From Blastocystis sp. Blastoise (taxonomy: Eukaryota; Protista; Bigyra: Opalinata), in assembly GCA_039096225.1 (NCBI GenBank), contig JBBPEB010000017.1, forward strand, positions 868,001-932,000: a DNA stretch of 64,000 nt. The letters run 5' to 3'. A program made the translations under genes and the position numbers. Positions 19,119 through 32,979 of this stretch are shown here, piece by piece; within the stretch, counting starts at the first letter, position 1, and each line of letters begins with the position of its first letter. The notes below the pieces were generated by a model, which had not been told where the DNA came from, searched no databases, and saw only the letters and a list, made by a program, of their open reading frames with translations.

Positions 19119-19719
19119 AATATAAAGGTATATTATAAATAATTCATCCTCAATATATGTATTCAATCAATCTCCTATTTCATTTACTTCTTATTTTTAC
19201 TTTTTCTTCTTTCTTTCTCATATTTCTATATATTTTATTTTTATATACTCTTTATCATTTATATCCATTTTGATTTCTTCTTCTTCTTTTTCTTTTCTTT
19301 TTTCTACTATTTTGTGCTTTTTATTTTTTGATCTCGTATTGTGTGGTAGTTCAACTTTCTATTATTTTAATAATCATTTTCTTTTATATGTTATGACATT
19401 TTTTATATCACTTTAAATATATTCATTTTTTATATGCTTTTTCTTTGTTTGTTTTGATCTTTTTCATATCAGATTTATAAAATTTCTCATTTTCTGTATA
19501 TAAACAATAGGCTATAATGATTTATATAACAGAATAATGAGGATCTTATTTTTTTATCAGTGCAATTTTTTTCTAAATAATCTATAAAGTCTGTAAACAC
19601 TAACTGAGCTCAATGAAATGAAACTTCTTTGAACTTTACAAATTCTAAAACCCTTTGAACAAAATATTTTTCAAGTAAAAAAAATAAAAATTGTTTTTCA
19701 ATAGAATTGCCGTGCAGTA

Positions 19720-20368
19720 ATGAATATTGAAACAAAAGCACAAGAAAATTCTTCTGTTTCGGAGGAAATACTCAAACAGAAAGAGAAGAAACGTTTCCTA
19801 ATAGAATTAGAATTTGTCATCATGCTCTCATCTGTAGATTATCTTGTTTGTATGCTTTCTATTGTGTTCTACTTTACAGATTTTTAATTTTATATCTCTT
19901 AAGGGCTTACAAATGAAGGTTACTTTGACAAACCAGAATTTCTACGATATATTGACTATTTACAATACTGGTCTACACCAGAATATGTTCGATATGTTAC
20001 ATTCCCAGAAGCATTATATTTCTTAAAACAAATTCAAGATCCAGACTTTAGAACTGTATGTATTTATGATTGACATATATATTCAACTATTCTTCATACC
20101 TTTTTACATGGGATATGCATTCCTTTTATGCAAATTATTATTTTTATAGTCTCTCAAGGATCCAAATTTTATATTTTTTCTGCGTAATCAGCAGAATTTT
20201 CATTGGAGATATTACAAACAAAATGAACAAAAATTATCTTTTGATCCTACGTTAAATAAAAAAGAGGAATCAACAGACGAACCTGTTCAAGTTGTTCTTG
20301 TAAATGAATCTCACGATCAATCCATGGAAATACAAGAAAATGGATATATTCCTTCTGATCAGAATTGA
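19720..20368 (+). CDS. MED31: Mediator complex subunit 31 (SOH1), 3 exons
   Basis: RFLIELEFVIMLSSVDYLVWL, GYFDKPEFLRYIDYLQYWSTPEYVRYVTFPEALYFL. Stop TGA at 20366-20368. Absent from the ORF track because it is spliced. Confidence 0.93.
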
Positions 20369-20577
20369 TTGAATAAAAATAATACTTTTATGATTATTTA
20401 TTTTTTGATCATTACATTTTTTCTTCTTTTAAATTTTTTTATTTTAATTCATTTTATTCGCTTTATGATATTAAGCAATTCTATATTTATCAAATAGTTC
20501 TATTATTAGTTGTTTTGAATACTTCTTCTTTTAAAAGAACTTTTAGGAGAGTATAAAATTTTTATTTGTTTTATGCA

Positions 20578-21569
20578 ATGGAAACAACACAAAGGAAACC
20601 AAATATATTAGTTGGTGTATGTGGGAGTGTAGCTGCTGTCAAAGTATATGTATCACATAATTTTAAGATGAATGTACATAGATTCCTGAAATCATTTTAT
20701 GTCTTTCTGAATTTGCTAATGTATTCTATTTATAAATAATATGTATATAATGATTCATGTGTTATAATATCAAATTTATGATTTTTTTTTTACATTTAGA
20801 TAAAAGTTTTAATTAGTAAGAGTGCTGAACATTTTTTGGCTTGTTCTAAAGAATATAATCCGTCAGTGTATAATACATTTGAAGAAAAGAAATATGAATT
20901 ATACTATGATTGTGACGAATGGAATAATTATAATCATGTGAAAAGTGATAAGGTGTTGCATGTCGAAGTACTTTTATATTTTATTAATTAGTAGTTATTA
21001 TATTCTAAATGTATAACTGTATTTATATTCATTTTTTTTTTAAAGTTAAGAAAATGGGCTGATATATATTTAATATGTCCTTTAACTGCCAATACATTAG
21101 CCAAATTATCTACGGGTCTTTGTGATACTCTAATTGTATAATTTTTATATGTTCATATACTATCATTTATAGACTTGTGTTGCTCGTGCTTGGGATTTTT
21201 CAAAACCTTTTATAATATGTCTATATATATTTAGTTTTTTTTTTTGTTTTATTATATATATATAATATTTTAGAAAATACATAATATATATATGATCTTT
21301 AAATATATAATAAAGAAATAAAAATATTATAAATAAATATTAATATATATATATTATTATGTATATAGATATGTCCTGCTATGAATACATATATGTATGA
21401 TCATCCTATAACGAAGTCTCAGCTAAATATACTTCATAGTTGGGGTATACAATGTATAGAACCAATATGTAAAGTATTAGCATGTGGAGATCAAGGTAAA
21501 GGAGCTTTGGCAACTGTAGATACTATAGTAAAAGTATGTAAACAAAATGTTGTTTATGATGTATCGTAA
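20578..21569 (+). CDS. PPCDC: Phosphopantothenoylcysteine decarboxylase (flavoprotein), 6 exons; the last intron reads AT-AG
   Basis: NILVGVCGSVAAVK, VLHVELRKWAD, PLTANTLAKLSTGLCD, TCVARAWD, PAMNTYMYDHP, LACGDQGKG. Confidence 0.93.
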
Positions 21570-21708
21570 TTACTGAAATGTTTATTAATTTTTTAATTAT
21601 AAAAATATGTTGTTTTAATTCATTAGTAGATTATTTTCAAGTAGAACAAAACAAAATAATGATTTTTGTTACATATATGGTTTAGAAAACTTTTAATTTT
21701 ATTCCTAT

Positions 21709-23028
21709 TTACTTCTTAGCAGTAGTATCACGGACAATGGACTTGACAATACCGACAGCAACAGTTTGTCTCATATCTCTGACAGCGAATCTACCAAGAG
21801 GAGGATATTCAGTGTAGGATTCAAGAGACATAGGTTTAGAGGGAACCATTTCAGTCATCATAGCCTTACCAGCCTTGACAATATCAGGGTTTTCACGAAG
21901 AACCTTACCAGTTCTCTTATCCATTTCAGATAAGATTTTTTCGAACTTACAGGCGATGTGAGCGGTGTGGCAATCGATAACGGGACAATATCCGGCACGA
22001 ATACCAGAAGGATGAGACATGACAATAACTTGAGCAGTGAAAGAATTGACTTTAGCAGGAGGATCGTTCTTGACATCACCACAAACGTTACCTCTGTGGA
22101 CATCCTTGACGGAGATGTTCTTTACGTTGAAACCAACGTTATCACCAGGAAGAGCTTGAGCAAGTTGTTCATGATGCATTTCAATAGACTTGACTTCAGA
22201 AGTGACACCAACGGGGGCGAAGTAGACAGTCATACCGGGTTTCATGATACCAGTTTCGACTCTACCGACGGGTACTGTACCAATACCACCAATCTTATAG
22301 ACATCTTGAAGAGGAAGACGAAGAGGCTTATCAGAAGGTCTCTTAGGTTCCTTACAGTTATCAATAGCTTGGATAAGAGTAGGTCCCTTGTACCAAGGCA
22401 TGTTAGTGGAGGGTTCAAGCATGTTATCACCGTTGAAACCAGAAATAGGAATGAAAGGAATTCTTTCTTCAACCTTGGTGTAACCAACCTTGGTTAAGAA
22501 ATCAGTCATTTCAGCCTTAATTTCAGAATATCTCTTTTCAGAATATTGGACAGTCTTATCATCCATCTTGTTGATACAGACAATCATTTGCTTGACACCA
22601 AGGGTGTTAGCAAGAAGAGCATGTTCACGAGTTTGACCGTTCTTACCGTAACCAGCTTCGAATTCACCAGCACCAGCAGCAATAATAAGAATAGCAAGAT
22701 CGGCTTGAGAAGTACCGGTAATCATATTCTTGATGAAATCTCTGTGACCAGGGGCATCAATAATAGTACAGGTGTACTTTTCAGTTTGGAATTTCCAAAG
22801 GGAAATATCAATGGTAATACCACGTTCTCTTTCAGCCTTCAGTTTATCTAAAACCCAAGCGTACTTGAAGGAACCCTTACCGATATCGTTAGCTTCCTTT
22901 TCAAAACGTTCAATGGTTCTCTTATCAATACCACCACAGGCATAAATAAGATGACCAGTGGTAGTAGACTTACCACTATCGACGTGACCAATGACGACAA
23001 GATTAATATGAGGTTTTTCCTTACCCAT
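21709..23028 (-). CDS. EEF1A: Translation elongation factor 1-alpha (intronless CDS)
   Basis: Full-length 439 aa with [22 protein letters not shown] and [10 protein letters not shown]. Features such as [16 protein letters not shown] and [12 protein letters not shown] resemble Blastocystis EF-1alpha as I remember it. Confidence 0.99.
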   Translation of the reverse strand: MGKEKPHINLVVIGHVDSGKSTTTGHLIYACGGIDKRTIERFEKEANDIGKGSFKYAWVLDKLKAERERGITIDISLWKFQTEKYTCTIIDAPGHRDFIKNMITGTSQADLAILIIAAGAGEFEAGYGKNGQTREHALLANTLGVKQMIVCINKMDDKTVQYSEKRYSEIKAEMTDFLTKVGYTKVEERIPFIPISGFNGDNMLEPSTNMPWYKGPTLIQAIDNCKEPKRPSDKPLRLPLQDVYKIGGIGTVPVGRVETGIMKPGMTVYFAPVGVTSEVKSIEMHHEQLAQALPGDNVGFNVKNISVKDVHRGNVCGDVKNDPPAKVNSFTAQVIVMSHPSGIRAGYCPVIDCHTAHIACKFEKILSEMDKRTGKVLRENPDIVKAGKAMMTEMVPSKPMSLESYTEYPPLGRFAVRDMRQTVAVGIVKSIVRDTTAKK

Positions 23029-23143
23029 CTATATAAATTATATAATTAATTTTTTTTATTTTCTATCAAAATAATATAGATGCATTTCCAGCATCAACTA
23101 GTTATAAAGAACAACTTATATATCAATTATAAGAAAAACATAC
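23029..23143 (-). other. Probable 5'-UTR intron of EF-1alpha ending directly at the start codon
   Basis: Minus strand GCA|GTATGTTTTT ... TAATTTATATAG|ATG GGT, matching the local splice consensus. Confidence 0.55.
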
Positions 23144-23923
23144 TGCTATTAACAAAGATACAACAGAAATAAATTATTGCTTTCCAACCACAACTGATTA
23201 TTCTTCAGACTGGTTGTAAGTGCAACATTTAATCTTATCAATTAATCAAATCTATTGGTAATTTTCAAAATTGACGAACCAAAATACATTATTTTCTAAT
23301 TCCATCTTTTTTTCTTTGATTAATGTCGACCATTGCTCTCATTCTGGTTTTTTTACTTAGTTCTCGAAGATTATTGGTTCTCATGAATCAACAATATGTG
23401 GTTTTTATTAATGTATGGTTTTCGTAAGTGTTTCGCCTTCTTTCTCCAAAATATTTTAGATTATTATCTGGTTGTTTTAATGGTAATGATATATTTTAAC
23501 CAGTAATTTCGCATCATTTTAGGCATTCATGTTTATAGTCACTTCCAGTTTATTTTTTTGGTTTGGAAAAAAGAGCTAGTATGTAGGAAATACTTATTTT
23601 TACCTTAGTTGTTTTTTTATTTCTTTGATTGAGTAAGCAGAAGTTGCTATATATATCATATATCTGTATAATATTGAAAAATTATTGTTTTTTCTAATTA
23701 AATAATTTCATAAAATGAGATTCAATGGTTAGATGCATATTTAAAACGTAATTTATGAAGTCAAGTCTATATTTTTAGTAATTTAACTAATAAATTAGAA
23801 CAAAAAAAAATAAAAAAACTTAAAAACTAATTTTTAAATAGAAAATGAGATATATATATAATCTAAAGCAAGATGCTGATGTGAAAATGAACAGAAAATG
23901 GGAAAGTCTATATAAAAAAAATG

Positions 23924-25601
23924 TTAACGAGGAGTTTGAGACTCAACGACTATTGTAGGAGTATCTAAAGTTGATTTAGGATTAATCTTCGAGTATTTGA
24001 TATGATTTGATTTGAAAGACAACTTTGTTGCAGCATACAAGAGTGATCCAAGAGAAATAATTGCTGTGCTAGTGATTGTTGCTTTATGAAGAGGTGAATG
24101 AAAGATATAAGATCCTAAGACTGTCTATAATCAATGATACATAATAATGTTAAATATTATGGTATATAAATGTACTTGAACACAGTTTTTCATAATGCCA
24201 CTTACATTATGAGTTAACGATGAAGTTAGTTTGATTTGTAGGAATGTTGAGAAAGAAACAAGGCATCCCAATACTCCTGCTATAAAAATTAAAATGTTAA
24301 TTATATATATATTATTTGATAGATTAATTTTTAAAAGTATTGACTTTTTATTTTAAATAAAATAGAGATCTATATATATTTTAGATAATTACATAAAAAT
24401 AGAATTGATGTTATTTTGAGGGATATATTTTCATATAAGAAAAATGGAAATATATTCTCTTTCATGATCTATAACAAAATAAATTAGTTAAATATATTTT
24501 ATCTAATATATAATGCATTATAATAAATATATAATGTATTATAATAAATATATAATGTATTATAATAAATATATAATGTATTATAATAAATATATAATGT
24601 TTTATAATAAATATATAATGTTTTATAATAAATATATAATGTTTTATATGTTTAAGGTTAAAAATGAATACATATATATATATATATATACAAGACTCCC
24701 TATGGGAAGTAATAAACACGATTCGAAATGTAAATCTAAAAGAATAGTAATAGTACTAATATTGGTTTTCTGTTGATATTGTTTGATATATATAGTATAG
24801 AGAGATCCGAAAATGCTACTTAAAAGACCATAAAGAATGCCATAGATAGATATATCATTCTCTTTCTTTATACCATAAAAGTATCTAAAGGTTTATATAT
24901 ATATAATTATTCTTTTTATTATTATAATTATAAAAAATAGAATAATAACTGTCAAAAATAGCAAAAAGAAAGTTACACTATTTATATATAGCAACAATAA
25001 TATACCCTGATAATATAATAATACAGGAAAGTAGTGTTTTCCAAGGTGTTTTTTCATGTAATAATATATATCTATATACATGAGAATTGAATGGAGAGAT
25101 CAATAATGTATTTAATACAGAAAGAAAGGAATCATAGGTAAACTGAGACTTCGTACAATCTGATAATATGTGATTGGAATTGATTTTAAACATAAATTAG
25201 AAAACAATAGCATGAGTACAAAGGATAAACTCAATGGGAAAACATTTACTAATCGAAATAAAGTTTTTCTAACGGAAACAAAAAAAAATTAAAACATTCA
25301 TTAATAACAAAAGAAAAAGTCTATAATATACTGAAAAGATAATGATTTTTCATTATACACCCTGTTATAAACTCTTTTAACAAGGAAAAATAGTAAAGCT
25401 GAAATACCTGTTTGAATAAAAGTGACAAATAAAGGAGCTTTATTAATATAAGAAGTACAAGAATAGACCCATCTTTAAAAAAATTAATCAATAATATAAA
25501 TATATCGCATACTTATTGGCGAATATTGAAGATATAGATATACACCAATAAAAGAGAATAGCTCCTATTATTTTAAGCAGTTGATTACAATCGTAGATCA
25601 T
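23924..25601 (-). CDS. Nucleotide-sugar transporter (GDP-fucose transporter / SLC35C1-like), 8 exons
   Basis: FYWCISISSIFANK, APLFVTFIQ, FSNLCLK, YYQIVRSL, GLLSSIFGSLYTIYIK, LQIKLTSSLTHNVSGIMKNCVQTVLG. All junctions GT-AG. The C-terminal end is slightly uncertain. Confidence 0.85.
24508..24645. repeat. 21-bp minisatellite (about 6 copies) in an SLC35 intron
   Basis: Unit approximately ATATAATGTATTATAATAAAT. Confidence 0.85.
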
Positions 25602-26078
25602 TTACTCGAAGAATTTTTCATGTATTAAATGATCAATCAAAAGAGTGCAAGCTATTTCATCAATGAAATACACTGATATAAAAGAATAATCCTTGATGAA
25701 ACACGAATTGAAGAAAGGATATAGATAATAATCAAGGATCCTTGTAGATTTCATCATAGTTTTGTTTGTTCATCATGAACTCGGAAGTATTTGAAGTGAA
25801 ATAAAAAGTTATATGACATTCACATCATATACTTAATTAAAAAAATACCTAAAAATATATGCATATGACTTAACATCGATAATGACATGCAAAAGAAAAT
25901 ATAGATTGAATAATCTTTAAATATAAAGAAGGTTGTTTTTTAAAAGCAGAAAATGAAAAGTTGTTCGTTGTTTTCGTTATAAAAAATCAACAATTCTTTA
26001 TTTTTTGCCTTTCCTTTTAATTTTTTATTATTTTTTAAAAATTTCATTGATTTCTTTGGTATGATTTACTAAGTGATT

Positions 26079-29000
26079 ATGAAAGATTCATCAACAATGG
26101 AAAACAACAACAAATCACAAAAAGTATTTTCATCTCCTACTTTGAAAGATACTGAAGAACCCTATCTCTATGAACCAAGCAGTCTCAGTTCTATTTTTGA
26201 TGTATTCATATGTATTAACTTTCTTTATTTACATTAGAATTCAAGTCTTGTTGAGGAGGAAACTATGCCTTCTTCTCTTCAAGGTGTTCCTATCCAGGGA
26301 TTATTTACACAAGTTATTACTGGTATTTAGTCTTATTATATTTTACTATTCTTGAATTTATTTTTTTTGAATAGGTCGATCAGATAGTCGAAAACAAGCA
26401 AGATTATATGAGAATAATGAGGAATCTGAAAATCAAATTACTGAAACTAATCCCGTATTTAAAATAAAAACATTTACTTTTTCTATCTTTAGCCTATAAA
26501 TGAGGATTCACCATCAGAAAATGATGCCTATCCAACTGATGATAGTATTGTATTTTTTTATGAATTATGAATATATTTTAAATGTTACTCTTTACTTTAT
26601 ATTTATCTTTAGTTAAATCCAGAACTTCATCATTCTCAGAGTTCTATGAGTGAAGAAGAAAAAAGTTTTATGAATTTAGTATTAAGTCAGAGATCTAATG
26701 AACATAATAGTTCTGATTATAAATTATCTTCTGTTTCTTCTGTTTCTATTCCTAATGAGCGTCTTATTACTCTTCCTCAAGATGAATTACCTCAAGTTGA
26801 TGACCCTTCGTGGTTTGAACAATCAGATTCGAATTCTGAAGATTCTACTCGAGTAAAACATTCCTATAAAGAGACTAGTATTCCTTTATCTTCATCTTCT
26901 CATTCGTTTGATGAAGATCTATTGAAAACATTTATTAAAGATTCTTCAAATAGTTCTCATAGTACCGATAATGAAGAAGAAGATCCTTGGAGTGATCTTG
27001 AGATCTATTGTTCTAAATCAGAAGATAGTGCTTATGATGATAGTGGATATATTGATATTGAATATCTTATTTCTCATCCAAGTGATGCATTCTCTAGTAT
27101 TAGTGGAAGTGTCTCCTTAGGCACACGCCAAAGTGTATTATCTATAAAAGAATCAGAAGGCACTACAGATCCTTCTAATGGCATTAATAATAATAATGGT
27201 ATTAATAATAATGGTATTAATAATAATGGTATTAATAATAATAATGGTATTAATAATAATAATGGTATTAATAATAATAGTGATAGTATTAATCCTTCTA
27301 ATGCTTCTAATCCTGTTCCTTCTAATGGTATGTCTAATTCTTCAATAAATCAAGGAACAACAGATTCACATAACTCATTGAAATGTATTACTCTATTATA
27401 TACTCATATGCTGTTTTATATAATGTTTCTATTGCCTTTATTATATAATACTTTTAATTTATATATATATATATGTTTTTGTTTAATTTTTCGTATCTAT
27501 TAGTTTTATTCTTAAATCAGTGTTTATATTAATATTATTTATATAATATAAATAATATAAATAATATGAATAATATAAATAATATAAATAATATAAATAA
27601 TATAAATAACCTATATAACCTATATAGATAGTCCATGTTTAACTCCTATTCCCTCCCCTCATTTAAAGCCTCTTCCTTGTATATCTCCATTTCATTCCGA
27701 ATCGGAACATAATTCTTCGATTTCTGAAGTCTCTGATTCTGACGATAGTATTATCCGATTCTCTCAGCGTATCAGTCGTCAACTCTCTATTGCTTCAAGT
27801 TATACTTCTTCTTCTCTTCCTTCTCCTCATCATGCTAAATACTCGCCTTCTAAAGGAAATACACCTCATTGTATTTCTAATACATCGACTTCACCTGTAT
27901 TAAATGAGGCTATATATTCAAATGAACATACACATTATAATGAAGATGATGAAGACTTCGTTGATATCCATTCAAAACTAACTCATTCTAAGGATATAAA
28001 CGCTTCAACTGTAGACAATCAAACTATATATTTAGATGATTCTTCTAGTAACACAAATCATTCTCTTTTAAATACTTCAGAAACATTATATAATGACTCC
28101 ATAATGGAACAAAATGAACGAAATAGACAACAATTCGCGCGATCTCTTTATACACCACTTTCTTCCACTATTCCTACTACTACTACCCATGCTTCTATTC
28201 CTCCTCCTCCTCCTTCTTCCTCTTCTATACATAATATATCCCTTCAAAAGAATATCAATTCAACATCTCAGTCTTCCTCAGAAAGGTATATATATATAAA
28301 TAGTTTATGGTCGTTTTAATTAATTATTTTATTCATTATCTTTTATTATCTTTTTTGAGTTTATTATCATTCATCATCTTCTCATTTCTTTTTCTTTTTA
28401 TATTAATCACTTTCTCATTTTTATATTTGACTCTATATATATATATATATATATTGCCAATTTCTCTTAGTTCTAGTCCTATTAAATCCAAAAAGTCTAT
28501 TCCTCGAATTCTTTTGGATTCAGATTCTTCTTGTGATTCTTCAGTACCTCAGGGTCATATGATAACATCTCTACAACAAAAACTAGCTGCATTCTCTCCT
28601 ATATTTCGAAATCCTTCTACAATTCCCTCTTCTTCTTCTTCAATGTATAAATCTTCATCTTTCTTTTCTTCTTCAAATAATATATCAAAGAATATATCAA
28701 AGAATATATCAAATAATATATCAAATAATATATCAAAAGTGAATACAATGAATATACAAAAGAAGAGTCCACATTCTTATTCTTATTCTACATTTGATTT
28801 CAATCTTCCCTATCATCAAGAATCACCAAAACAAAATGATATGTATAAACAATCTATTCAAAATTCTATTTCCTCATCTATACATAAATCTTCACCTTCT
28901 TCTTCTTCTTCTTCTACTTCTCCTTCAATAATTACAAATCATATTTCTTCTTCTAAGAATATCTATTATAAACCTTCTATTTCTACTATTCCTTCATCAT

Positions 29001-31314
29001 CATCATCATCTTCTCCTTCTCCTTCACTTCCTCGCTCTAATATTCATGAACATAATACTTCTAGCTCTATTACATCTCTTTATAAACAACCTACGAACAC
29101 ATTCTCTATACTTCATGAACCTTATTCTATGTCTCAACTCTATCATCCTTTGGAACAATCCAAATTACCTACATCTCTCCCTCAAATCCCTCAAATCCCT
29201 CAAAATTCTTCTTCTTCTGTTGCTCATAAACGATCGGATGCTTCTGTAACTCCATTAAAGAATGAACGACAAAAGAAATTGAAAGAGAATAGTGATGATA
29301 GTATGATTTTGATGAAAGTAACTCGTCATCATTTGATTCTCTCGAGTTCGGAAAGTGAAGTAGAAGAAGAAGAAACTGAAGAGAATACTCATACTAATAG
29401 TAATAATAATATACAGACTATGAATGACAATATAAATAGAAATACTTCTCAAGATAAGAATACTACTGCTCCTAGAAATATGAATAATAATATAAATATA
29501 GATACTTATAAAAATACTAATTTGAACGTTAATCAAAACAATAATAAGAAACTTCAAAATTTCTCTCCTATTTTATCTTCTTCAAAGACTCAAATTATTC
29601 AAGAAAATACTGTTACTTCTTCTTCTTCTTCTAATACTTCTAAACCTAATTCCCTTCAAAACACGTCTTTATCTCCTAAAAAAACAAAGAGGGCTTCTAT
29701 TTCTATAGATATTGACTTAACTAATGAGAAAGAAGTTCTGTCCGATAGTATTATTACTATAACTGAAACAGATACATCTATTTCTTATAGTGAAGATCGA
29801 GCAAATCTATCTACTGTAGGTAGATATTCACATATAGAACCCCAAAACTCATTTATTTTCTTATCCAGTTCTTCAACGAATTCAACTCCTTTTCCTTCTC
29901 CTCATAAATATACTACTACTACTACTCCTAAATATATAACTAGCCCAAATCCTATACATAATAATAATACTAATAATAATATACTTCTATCTCCTTCATT
30001 AGATTGTTCTCCTAAGAAAATATTACCTCAATCAACTCTTATTTCTAGTAATATATTACATGGAAATACATATTCAAATCGTAATTCGAATGCTTCTATT
30101 CCTGAAGAAGATCTCTTTGATCCTAGTCCTGTTCATATGTATTCTACTCTTAATAATAGTGAGTTATGGAATGAAGAAAATGTAGTCCTTCAAAGTCCAA
30201 AGAAATATAATCATATACATACAAAGGATATTATACCCGATTCAGAACAGATTCATACTCATAATAAAAACACAGATCTATCAAGTACTCCTAAAAATAA
30301 CTCTAATCAATCGAACTTTAATTGTATATATATATATAAATCATTTAACATTACCAAAAACCTCACTTATAATATATAATTTTACTATTATATGTATATG
30401 AAAATTATATAATATATATTCTTTTATTATGAACAAGTTATAAATAATTATAATATTTCGTGTGATACTATTTTTTACTTTTTATTTCTATAGTTGTAGC
30501 AAAAGATATTGTATTTGAAAATAAAAATAGTAGAGATAAAGTTACAAGAACTACATTCAATACGTTTAATAAAATTGTTTTTCAGAATAAATTGCCTTCT
30601 TTAGATATAAAATGGAATAAAAATCTCAGAACAACTGCAGGAACAACTCATATGTGGAAAAATGGAAATAATCTCTTCGCTAGAATAGAACTAAGTGAAA
30701 AGGTATGTACCTCTGAATATCGTATGAAACATACATTACTCCATGAAATGTGTCATGCAGCTGTTTGGATAATAAATGGAAAGGCAGGAGGTCATGGAGA
30801 AGATTTCAAACAATGGGGATCTATTGCTACTGCCAAATTCCCTGATTATGCTGTAACTACAAAACATTCATTTAAAATATTTTATAAATGGCAATGGAAA
30901 TGTACAAATCCTAAATGTGGCCATATTTTTGGCAGACACTCCAATAGTATTAATGTGGATAAACAAGTAAATATATATATGTTTTATTATTTTTTTTTGA
31001 AATTTTTAAAATTATATATATTCTATGTATGTGTGTTATTCTACGTGCATAAATTATTTAATATTTTTTAGGTTTGTGGATATTGTCATTCAAAACTAGA
31101 GTTTTTGGGTAAGTTTAAGCAGGATGGTACTCAAAATTCGTTGCGCCAACCTAGTGAGTATGCAAAATTCGTGAAAGAACATTATCGTGAAGTGGCTAGT
31201 GAATTAAAAGCTCAAAATGCTAAGAAGGAAGACATCTTACGAGAGGTTGGTAGAAGATGGAAGATCCAACACAGCATAAAGGCAAGTTCAGAAGCTGCAA
31301 CTAAAAATAAATAA
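26079..31314 (+). CDS. GCNA: GCNA/ACRC-like protein: long disordered acidic/Ser-rich N-terminus, SprT metalloprotease, zinc ribbon and HMG-box-like C-terminus
   Basis: WNKNLRTTAG, TLLHEMCHAAVW, HGEDFKQW, zinc ribbon CTNPKCG...VCGYC and YAKFVKEHYREV...ILREVGRRWK. The exons join in frame. Confidence 0.85.
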
Positions 31315-31616
31315 CCTTTTAAAAATATATAATTTTTCTTTTTTCTTTTTATAATTATGATTAACCTTTTATTTATTGGGTCTTTTGTGTATTTTTCCAT
31401 GAAACTGTCTTGTTGTTCCGCCTTTGTTTTTCATATTTTTGCACTCCGTAATCTAAAAATAATAGAAAAATTCTTATTTGATACAATTTTTATAATAAAA
31501 AAAATCAAAGAAATAGAGGATGGTTCTAACGTGCTCCTTTTGTAGACTATTTTTTTTATGGTTTATTCAGACCTTTAAGAGTTAATTTTGTGTGCCCTTT
31601 CTACTATATAATTAGA

Positions 31617-32746
31617 ATGCCTGTATTTATTTGATATATTTTTTGATTTCTCTTGATGATTCTATGATTTATGAAACTGACTTATTCATAATATTTAATC
31701 AATTATCTATTCATCATTATCAAGTTGTTGGCCGTCTTCATCCTACTAACGGAGAAGAAACTCCCATCTACAGAATGCGTTTATTCGCACCAAACCCCGT
31801 TACTGCTAAGTCCCGATATTGGTATTTCTTAGCTAACCTTCACAAGCTGAAGAGAGCTTCCGGTGAAATTCTTGCCGTTAATGAAATATAATAATATATC
31901 ATATTTTATTAATAGATTCTATAATTTTTATTGCCTTTTTATGTGTCATTTTTTTTTAATTGTAACATTTAAATAATGAATTGAATTTTATGTCAATGAA
32001 AGGATTATCTATACTAACTTATATCTCAACATCCCTAAATATTTTTTTACCTATATTATTTTAGATTAGAGAAAGAAACACCCAAGTCAAGACCTATGGT
32101 ATTTGGTTAAGATATAACTCTCGTTCTGGTACTCACAATATGTACAAAGAATTCCGTGATACCACCCTTCTTGGTGCTGTCAAGAATCTTTATGCTGATA
32201 TGGCTGGTAGACATCGTGCTCGTGACCGATCTATTCAAATCATCCGTACTGCCATCATCCCTGCTGGTGAATCTCGTAGAGCTCATAATCATCTTTATGA
32301 AGTATATATATAATAGATATTATAGAATATTTTTTTATTGAGTTAATATATATTATTTTTAATGCTTATACTATTTGATATATATTATAATATACATATT
32401 ATTACAAAGCAATACTTGTTATGATTATTTATATAAATATTATCATTTAATGTTGAGTTCCTCTATTATTTGGGTTTAACTATATATATATATATATTTA
32501 TTTTTAATCTTTTTAGCATCAAAATCCTAAGTTCGCTCTTCCTCACCGTATCTTCCGTGCTGGTAACAAGAAGTATCGTTTTGTTTAATATATTTAATAT
32601 TGATGTCTTTTAAAAATATATTTTAAATACTTTATTGTTTATGAAAATTATATTATATATATAAATAAATTGTATCTTATTCTTATTTCCCTTATAGGTA
32701 TCGTACTACTTTCCTTGCTGATAGACCTACCACTTTCTTTGGTTAA
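31617..32746 (+). CDS. RPL18A: 60S ribosomal protein L18a (eL20), 5 exons; introns 1 and 2 have non-canonical termini in this sequence
   Basis: [57 protein letters not shown] and RPTTFFG*. The start codon is inferred. Confidence 0.93.
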
Positions 32747-32979
32747 ATAACAAGTTGACAGTTGAACATAGGCACACTCCTTTTTTTTTTGTTTTGTACA
32801 ATACATTTTTTTTTTAAATATTAAAAAGTCACAACTTTATGATTATAAAATATTTGATACGAAAAGATATTGTTTTTATGTTTTTAAAAGATATATATAA
32901 TTGTTTTTTTATAATATAAATATAATTATAAAATAGTATATGATATACAAAACAGATGATGAATGTAGAATAACTATTT

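Noticed and set aside
21858-22851. Antisense and alternate-frame ORFs over EF-1alpha, and similar ones over the pseudokinase, REV1 and the 24-bp repeat
   Set aside because: Shadow ORFs caused by codon bias and repeats, with no independent motifs.
31653-31681. Box C/D snoRNA in RPL18A intron 1 (TTGATGA ... CTGA)
   Set aside because: Only about 17 nt lie between the boxes, with no second D box or terminal stem. Too short.
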